A DNA stretch of 64,000 nucleotides from Candidatus Thorarchaeota archaeon. Lineage in GTDB: Archaea; Asgardarchaeota; Thorarchaeia; Thorarchaeales; Thorarchaeaceae. The stretch is from positions 1-64,000 of the forward strand of contig DXJO01000022.1 of assembly GCA_019057475.1 (NCBI GenBank), read 5' to 3'. Under the pieces are notes generated by a model that saw nothing but the letters and a program-made list of their open reading frames with translations, had not been told where the DNA came from and did not search any database. The translations under genes and the position numbers were made by a program. Of the stretch, positions 57,276-64,000 are shown piece after piece. Every line of letters starts with the position of its first letter. Within the stretch, counting starts at the first letter, position 1.

Positions 57276-58619
57276 GTGGCAGTTGATATGGACAGAAGAA
57301 AAATAGTGATTATGGGCGCAGCTGGTCGTGATTTCCACAACTTCAACACATACTTCCGTGACAATGAACATTATGATGTTGTTGCGTTCACAGCTGAGCA
57401 AATCCCCGGGATAGGGGACAGAATATATCCACCGGAACTTACAGGTAAGCTTTATCCCGATGGCATTAGGATCTATCCGGAAGAGAAACTCCCTGAGCTG
57501 ATCGAGAAGTACAACGTCGAACAGTGCATTCTAGCATACTCTGACCTTCCATACTACACAGTAGGCAGCAAGATTGCATGGGTTAACTCTCTGGGACCGG
57601 ATATTCGACTGATGGGTCCTAAGCTCACCATGTTGAAGAGCAAGAAACCAGTGGTAGCCATCTGTGCAGTGCGAACTGGTTGTGGCAAGAGCCAGACATC
57701 TCGGAGGGTAAATCAGATACTCGTTGACAAGGGCCTGAAACCGGTGAATATCAGACACCCCATGCCCTACGATCCGGACCTGACCACTCAGATTGCTCAG
57801 AGGTACGAAGTGCTGGAAGACTTAGACCGTTACAACTGCACAATCGAAGAGCGCGAGGAATACGAACCCATGATTAGCATGGGAGTGATTCTCTACGCAG
57901 GAGTGGATTATGGCCAGATTCTGAAGCAAGCTGAGAAAGAGGCGGATGTAATTACATGGGATGGCGGTAACAACGATTTCTCATTCTACAAACCTGACCT
58001 TCTCATTACGCTTGTGGACCCTCTCAGGCCAGGACACGAGATTTCATACTATCCCGGCGAAACCAACCTAATAATGTCAGACGTCGTCATAATCAACAAG
58101 GTAGTTACGGCAGATTATGATGATATCGAGGAGGTTCGTGATAACATCATGGCGGTCAATCCCAACGCCATCATAATCGAGGCTGCCTCACCACTCACGG
58201 TTGATGATATGGACCTCATCAAAGGCAAGAGAGTGATTGTAGTCGAGGATGGACCGACAGTGACTCACGGCGACATGCCGTTTGGTGCTGGGTATGTTGC
58301 AGCGCGTAAGGCAGGCGCAATCATCGTTGACCCAAGGCCATTCGCTGTGGGCAGCATAAAGGAAACCTTCGAGAAGTATATGCACCTCGAGGATGTTTTA
58401 CCCGCGATGGGATATGGCGATACACAGATGAAGGAACTTGAGATGACCATTAACAAGTCCGATGTAGACGCAATAGTGATTGGAACACCAATTGATCTTG
58501 GAAAGCTCATCAAGATCAATAAGCCTAACACAAGGGTCAGATATGATCTACAGGAGATTGGGCGACCGAACCTTGAAGATATCCTGTCGGAATTCGTCAA
58601 GAAGCATAAGCTGAATTGA
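57276..58619 (+). CDS. COG2403 / cyclic-2,3-diphosphoglycerate-synthetase-like P-loop protein (possibly arginine synthetase-type)
   Basis: GAAGRDFHNFN, VRTGCGKSQ, RHPMPY, TIEEREEYEP, WDGGNND, EDGPT, PAMGY. Confidence 0.85.
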   Translation: MAVDMDRRKIVIMGAAGRDFHNFNTYFRDNEHYDVVAFTAEQIPGIGDRIYPPELTGKLYPDGIRIYPEEKLPELIEKYNVEQCILAYSDLPYYTVGSKIAWVNSLGPDIRLMGPKLTMLKSKKPVVAICAVRTGCGKSQTSRRVNQILVDKGLKPVNIRHPMPYDPDLTTQIAQRYEVLEDLDRYNCTIEEREEYEPMISMGVILYAGVDYGQILKQAEKEADVITWDGGNNDFSFYKPDLLITLVDPLRPGHEISYYPGETNLIMSDVVIINKVVTADYDDIEEVRDNIMAVNPNAIIIEAASPLTVDDMDLIKGKRVIVVEDGPTVTHGDMPFGAGYVAARKAGAIIVDPRPFAVGSIKETFEKYMHLEDVLPAMGYGDTQMKELEMTINKSDVDAIVIGTPIDLGKLIKINKPNTRVRYDLQEIGRPNLEDILSEFVKKHKLN

Positions 58620-58769
58620 ATGGATAGCTGAACCTGAGGATGATGCATTCCTCAGGACATCCTTTTCTTGCACATTGAAATGGGGATAGGAAGTCGCACC
58701 TGGACTGCTCCCGATGAACGAAAGAAAAAAACGTGGGAGGACGAGCTAATCAAGCCCGTCCTTTGTTGA

Positions 58770-59720
58770 TCACCAGTATTCTTTGGAAGCAACGCGTGAT
58801 CTGGACTCTAGGTCCCTGTAAAGCACTGCTGCAAAGATATAGTTAATCCCACTGAATAGCAGCGCATTGATGATTGCCAAAACGTACAACAGGACGTTTG
58901 GACCATAGGCCGCTAAAGGAAACGCCAGCAGAATCTGGGGCACTAATGCGATGACTGCCACCGCGATGCCTATAAAAATCTGACCACCGACGATGTGCCA
59001 GAAGTTACCTGTTGTCAGCTTCCAAGCTCTCTTTATCGAATCGATTGCACCCAAGTCCTCAGCGACAACGACTGCGGTAGTAGGAGACAGGCGTATACTG
59101 AAGTAGAGAGCCACGATTAATCCAACCATGAGGACAGCAAGGCCCGTCATCATCGCGCTTATGGCTTCCATTGAAGGGTTGAAGGGGTCAAAGGCTGCCA
59201 AAGAACCAAGAAGGAGAAACAGGCCAGGAGCCATCGCTCCGGTGACAATCAATGCAAGAAGAAACTGCGCCACAATCATAGTGGACAGCCTACTAAACGC
59301 AAACGAAAGGCTTGATCCCACATCAGCTTGGTGAAAGCCATAGTCATCAAGTGCGAATTTGATACCACCTCCAGCAATCACGGCAGTTACAACCATACCA
59401 ACAACAGCTAGCACGGTTCCGATGATGATTATTTCAATAGCCAAGGCTGGTTCGGCCATTGCAAAGCCCAGCAATGTGTTGATAATGTCTGAGCTTACGT
59501 AGACCACCAGATCAAACGCAAGCAAGTCGTAGAGTGCATAGAACACTGCAAGTTGAAGCACAATGTAGGCCACTCCAAGAAGGCCAACCATCAGAATGTA
59601 GCTCGGTAGCTTCCGCACCCATACACTCAACGTTCTCGTCGCAAGGTCCAATGCACTCACTGTGAAATCCTGTTCAGGTGGTGCAGAGGGCTCAAGTCCT
59701 AATCCTTCGTCATTTTCCAT
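58770..59720 (-). CDS. Polytopic membrane protein (GDPD-membrane-domain-like)
   Basis: Multiple TM; GAIDSIKRAWKLTTGNFW, VLYRDL; GGAGG SD before ATG 59720. Confidence 0.8.
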   Translation of the reverse strand: MENDEGLGLEPSAPPEQDFTVSALDLATRTLSVWVRKLPSYILMVGLLGVAYIVLQLAVFYALYDLLAFDLVVYVSSDIINTLLGFAMAEPALAIEIIIIGTVLAVVGMVVTAVIAGGGIKFALDDYGFHQADVGSSLSFAFSRLSTMIVAQFLLALIVTGAMAPGLFLLLGSLAAFDPFNPSMEAISAMMTGLAVLMVGLIVALYFSIRLSPTTAVVVAEDLGAIDSIKRAWKLTTGNFWHIVGGQIFIGIAVAVIALVPQILLAFPLAAYGPNVLLYVLAIINALLFSGINYIFAAVLYRDLESRSRVASKEYW

Positions 59721-59813
59721 AAATAGTCCTCCTAGGTGATTTTGATGTTGAGGTGCAATCTTATAATATCTCCGGACTGAATAGGGCAAAGGGGCGGAGT
59801 ACGCGACAAGCAA

Positions 59814-61406
59814 TCATGCAGGTTTCGGCCGGGCGTCGAAGATCTCCATGAACTTCATGCCTCCTGCCTTGTCAAGAAGCTCCTCGAAGGCAATGATGAC
59901 CACGTTCGGAGTGATTTCTGTGCTCTTCTTCGTGATGGAGGCGACCTCATGAATCAATGAGGTGTGGTCTGAATTGACGGCAGCCTTTGGAGCTACATAG
60001 AGATTCAGCACGTCCATGCTGTACGGATCATTCATGTCTTCCTTTGCTACCTCTATCTGGAGCTCCTCAATGCCAGCAAGTGTGAGAAGATCGGTGCGCA
60101 AAGCAGTGAGATTTACTGCCGCGCCCTTGACCTTCTTCTCGCTTATGCCCATGATTTGGATCTGCGCCTCTGCGTCGTTCGTCCGTCCGATGTCCCAGAA
60201 GAAAGGCCCGTCCATCCCGCATACCGGACACTTCCCTCGTTCCTGCCGAGATGCAACATCGCCTAGCAGGAATCCCTCCACTATCGTGCCAGTTCCGTCA
60301 AGGTGGAAAAGAGTCACGTTTCCGGGTTCATCCTCGCCCACAAACTCGTATGACCCATCATCGTTGAGCTTAACAAGCTCCTAGGCCATGAGAAGAGGAC
60401 TAACGTTATGATATGGACCATCATAGTCGCACTGAACAGCAAATGATGTCTTGCTCTCTGAGGAAGCATAGCCACCGATGATTCGAACCTCCTTAGCTCC
60501 CTTCTCTGTCAGCGTCTGAACTACATCTTCAGCAACACGAGGGTAGATTTTCTCTCCGGCTAGGAGAACCACAACCTTCTCCTGTGCCTTGTAGTCTGAA
60601 TCAGCCATCTCGCGGAAGAACCTGTTTCTCATGTAACTGGGCATGCCAGCGAAACCATTAGCCTTGAAGGCTCCAGCGATATCAACAAGCTTGTTCGTTG
60701 GAATTGCCCCGCCGCCACTAGTGGCAATGTAGAATTTTGACATCTGCCTGAGACCTAGATTCACAGCGTGCCATCCTAGGTGAGGAGCGTACGGAAACAG
60801 GTTCATGCTGACCATCTCCCAACCTTCATGAGCCCACGCATCAACAGCCATTTGACCAACTTTTACGCAGTTCTTGAAGAGCAAGTCGTTATCATGTCTA
60901 GTGAGAAAGACAGGGGAAGGAAGACCTGATGCTCTACCTGAGCTCAACCAGAATTGAAGAGGAGCATACAGGTACGTCAATCGTTTCTTGAGCCGCTCCA
61001 TTGCCTTTGCGCCTCCTAAGTGCAGCTTGACGCGTGCGCCGTTATTGCGGAGGAAACTATACAAATCATTGTAACCGGCTGCCTTGGAGAAGCTCATGAG
61101 GTTCTTGATGACATCTGCAGGATCGCGATCCTCTCCGTCAACCTGTGAAGGATTTAGTACAAAACTCGCAAGGTTATCTTTGTAGTCTATCTTGCGGACA
61201 AGGGGTATCTGATACTTTGCCCAATCTTCAATGCAAGTTATGTTGAATGGGTCTATGTTGTTCTCCTTGAACAAGCGCCGATAGTATGGATGATTAGGCC
61301 AGACTTGATATCTGATGAAAGCCCTAAACTTCTTGTCCTGCATTTCTTTGATTTCACGATGATTAGTCCGCTTGAGTTCCTGAAAAGTAAAAGTAGTCTT
61401 GGTCAT
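59814..61406 (-). pseudogene. Phenylacetate-CoA-ligase-like (PaaK/ANL) gene interrupted by one in-frame TAG
   Basis: HPYYR, IPLVRK, SSGRASG, LAGE, GYASSE, KVKG; TAG at 60383-60381 continues in frame as ELVKLNDDGSYEFVGEDEPG. Confidence 0.75.
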
Positions 61407-61583
61407 CAGACAGCCTCCTGCTGCATCTCTCTCAAGACCGGTTTAGACCAAATCGCAAATGATAAACATTCCGAGCCACATTCGAAGAGGTGTCAAACGT
61501 GTTAGGCTCTGAAGTAGAAACTCATAATAGTGTACTCTAATACTCCATTCAACGGGAATCGCATAGTAAGGAGATTTACAGCG

Positions 61584-62015
61584 TTGTCCGAAACTGACGA
61601 AAAACTTCAGAAAGGAATCATCGAACTAGACAAAGGCAACGACAAGAAGGCCTTCAGCCTCTTCAAAGAGGTGTTCGAGAATAGGCAAAACAGGCTCATA
61701 AGAAAAGTCCAGGAGAATCCGAAATCTCCAACGCTCATGCTGGATGCAATGTATATGGTCCATGGATTAGTTTGGCTCAGAGTGGCTGAGGCAGGCAAGG
61801 ACAAGAAAAATAGTGTAGAGCTCCTGGCCAAAGCGGTTGGTACAGTTGAGGCCGCAAGAACTGCACTCGGACCGCTCGTGACTGGTCTGGCTCAATGGGC
61901 GGGAGAAAAAAGAATTACCGCTGTAAAAAATAAAGCACTTGGTCTCCTTGCGGCCACGAAGGATCTTGAGGACATGGCAAAGAAAGCCCTCGAAACACAA
62001 GTCAAGATGGGGTAG
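61584..62015 (+). CDS. Helical (TPR-like) hypothetical protein
   Basis: LQKGIIELDKGNDKKAFSLF; AGGAG SD before TTG. Confidence 0.65.
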   Translation: MSETDEKLQKGIIELDKGNDKKAFSLFKEVFENRQNRLIRKVQENPKSPTLMLDAMYMVHGLVWLRVAEAGKDKKNSVELLAKAVGTVEAARTALGPLVTGLAQWAGEKRITAVKNKALGLLAATKDLEDMAKKALETQVKMG

Positions 62016-62042
62016 TCGAGGATCCGCAGGTCCCACCAAATC

Positions 62043-62387
62043 CTACGATTCACGGTCTTTCATGTATTGAATCCATTCTTCCGCAGGAAAACGCTCCTTC
62101 ATGATTTCAAGTTCTGACAGAACAGAGGACTCAAGGTCAACGTCGAAATGGTTCACTAGCTGCATAAACAGATTGAAGACCTGAGCGAACTCTCTGGGGA
62201 GATCGTCCTTATTTGGCGCATCATGACCGAGCCCTATCGCCTTGTAGCCCTCTTCAACGGTTATGTGGCGAGATATCTCTCCTAACTCTTCAACAAGATG
62301 TGTGAATACTTGAGAGGCTGGAAACTTGTCCCATCCGCGCTCGCGTTCGAATTCCGCGATTACCTTCTGAATTTGACTCAGGTCCAT
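62043..62387 (-). CDS. MazG-like nucleotide pyrophosphohydrolase
   Basis: ERGWDKF, LVEELGEI, REFAQV. Confidence 0.85.
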   Translation of the reverse strand: MDLSQIQKVIAEFERERGWDKFPASQVFTHLVEELGEISRHITVEEGYKAIGLGHDAPNKDDLPREFAQVFNLFMQLVNHFDVDLESSVLSELEIMKERFPAEEWIQYMKDRES

Positions 62388-63086
62388 CTACATCATCCTC
62401 TTGGTTATCTGCATGACTTGCGCTCTTGCTTGATCAAGCGCGGAATCAGGCGGGTTTGCCAGAGGCCCAAGTCCAGTCGCTTCTGGAAGCGCTTCTCCAC
62501 CCAAGAACATGGCCTCGCTCACAGCATTCATCATCTCTGCGGGAGGCAATACTGCACAAGATAGCTTCACGCCCGGTTTGACATCCGGAAGGTTGGTCAC
62601 TATGTGCCAAATACGAGAGCCGTCTGTGCATCTGCAGGAGAGTAGGTTCTTGGAATTCTCTACAGGATTTGCCTGACTGACCTCCACTGCGAGGATATCA
62701 ATGGCATATGCAGGATCCTCGTTATACTCAGCTAGCCTTGTCGGGATACCCTTCACAATGCGAAGCGCGTAGTCAACCTCGGATAGCATGAGGTGCTCCT
62801 TTCCAGTTTTAGGTTTGAAGCCGGCTGACTCAACCGCGGCATTATAGATATCCGCGAAACCATCGATGGCAGCAACCAAGTTATTGGTAGCCTCAAGGAC
62901 AGCCAATGCAGAGGCATCAATGTAGGAGTACTTGACCTCGTAGAAAAGACTTCCAGCAATCTTCAGCGCTTCAACGAGTTTGCCGTACTCCACGTGAACC
63001 TTGAGCCTTCTGCCACTTACTACGTCGTTTAGGCGCCTGAGTGCATCTTCAAGCACTAGTACCCTTGCATCCTTCGCAGTGTCCAT
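62388..63086 (-). CDS. tRNA-binding OB-fold (Trbp111/EMAP-like) protein with N-terminal helical domain
   Basis: IDILAVEV, IVTNL, LPPAEMMNAVSEAMFL. Confidence 0.85.
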   Translation of the reverse strand: MDTAKDARVLVLEDALRRLNDVVSGRRLKVHVEYGKLVEALKIAGSLFYEVKYSYIDASALAVLEATNNLVAAIDGFADIYNAAVESAGFKPKTGKEHLMLSEVDYALRIVKGIPTRLAEYNEDPAYAIDILAVEVSQANPVENSKNLLSCRCTDGSRIWHIVTNLPDVKPGVKLSCAVLPPAEMMNAVSEAMFLGGEALPEATGLGPLANPPDSALDQARAQVMQITKRMM

Positions 63087-63217
63087 TGGCTACACCGTGC
63101 TGAAGAGTGGCTAGAGTCCTGATAAAAACATCTCCCAATGGGCGAGTAGGCCACGAGAAGTGATATATAGCAATGCGGGGTATCGGTTCAAGAGTTCCCT
63201 GCTGTGAGAGAAGTATA

Positions 63218-63829
63218 TTGATTCAAGCCATCTACATCCTGGTAGCAGATAGCGGTCTTTGCGTACTTGACAGGAAGTATGGAAAGGCGGAAATGGACCC
63301 GAACCTAATCAGTGGTTTTCTAACAGCGCTCATTCAGTTTGGTCGTGAACTAAGTTCAGGTAACCGTGTACACGTCATCGATTTCGGCGCCTTTGATATC
63401 TGTCTCTCATTGAGGAACAACGTGATTGTCGCAGCTACAATCGACAAGACTGATGACACAAACGCGGCGATGGCAATCCTTAGTGATGTCAATAACGCAT
63501 TTGTAAAGGAGTACCGTGATACTCTGGAAGATTGGGATGGTAACCTAGAGCCCTTTGAGAAATTCAATAAGACCATCGATGAGATAACGAAGGACGGAAA
63601 AGCCTCAGAGAAGAGAGTTATTGTGCCGGTGATCAAGGGAAAGGTTTCCCCCATGCTAGTCCGTCTTGGTCAGATGAAACAATCCACCTTTGACGTTGCG
63701 CAGAAATGCAAGGGCAATCTGACTACACGAGCGATAGCTGATCAACTAGGAATAAAGCTGAAGGATGTCCAAAAAGCTATGCAAGAGCTTGAGGATGCGA
63801 GAATCCTCGAATGGAAAGAGATCGGCTAG
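63218..63829 (+). CDS. Longin-like domain + winged-helix protein
   Basis: IYIL..SGLC...DPNLISGFLTALIQFGREL (longin-like); TRAIADQLGI...MQELEDARILEW (wHTH). Confidence 0.78.
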   Translation: MIQAIYILVADSGLCVLDRKYGKAEMDPNLISGFLTALIQFGRELSSGNRVHVIDFGAFDICLSLRNNVIVAATIDKTDDTNAAMAILSDVNNAFVKEYRDTLEDWDGNLEPFEKFNKTIDEITKDGKASEKRVIVPVIKGKVSPMLVRLGQMKQSTFDVAQKCKGNLTTRAIADQLGIKLKDVQKAMQELEDARILEWKEIG

Positions 63830-64000
63830 CGGAACTCAGCATTCATTCTCAATACCCACCATACAAGAGCCAGTGTGCAGACGATTGACTTGAGATGAGC
63901 CATCTGGAGAGGCTATTGCACAGCTACTGCGTATGGCCCCATTCACTACCTGTAACAATCAGTATGAGGCCAATCACAATGAGTCCTGGAGCAAGAACTC

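Noticed and set aside
63924-64000. Possible 3' end of a membrane-protein gene on the - strand (VLAPGLIVIGLILIVTGSEWGHTQ-stop)
   Set aside because: Too short and truncated to support a call.
1-64000. tRNA, rRNA or provirus
   Set aside because: No cloverleaf/T-loop signature, rRNA-like segment, integrase or capsid gene recognised by eye; a tRNA/Rfam scan would be needed to exclude them formally.

Overview
A gene-dense archaeal window, most consistent with an Asgard archaeon (Thorarchaeia-like). This is inferred from an ESCRT-III/Snf7 gene, an E2F/DP-like winged-helix factor, a longin-domain protein, a presenilin-like protease, tungsten-type AOR, archaeal TATA boxes and frequent TTG/GTG starts. 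Housekeeping genes (AOR + ferredoxin, gdhA, dcd, PRPP-synthetase-like, nucleoside phosphorylase, wecB, surE, thrC, HAD phosphatases, IMPase, Mrp, PGI/PMI, peptide ABC transporter, MazG) alternate with uncharacterised genes. Missed by the ORF track: the 5' end of a TnpB gene (1-110) and a 56-aa histone-fold gene (13139-13309). Best leads: (1) a 47.4-57.0 kb locus where a metal-dependent amidohydrolase and a CDC48-N-like/VWA protein sit opposite an 887-aa fusion of degenerate copies of both, flanked by HEAT, coiled-coil, VWA-wHTH and E2F-like genes; (2) a chlI/chlD-like gene joined by a likely -1 programmed frameshift on an A9 run, adding a membrane anchor plus VWA; (3) two tandem hairpin RNA candidates whose CU-rich loops are antisense to an SD+AUG; (4) a GCS2 carboxylate-amine ligase fused to Ig-like domains next to a degenerate peptidase-fold gene. 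All family calls come from motif recognition by eye; no database search was run.
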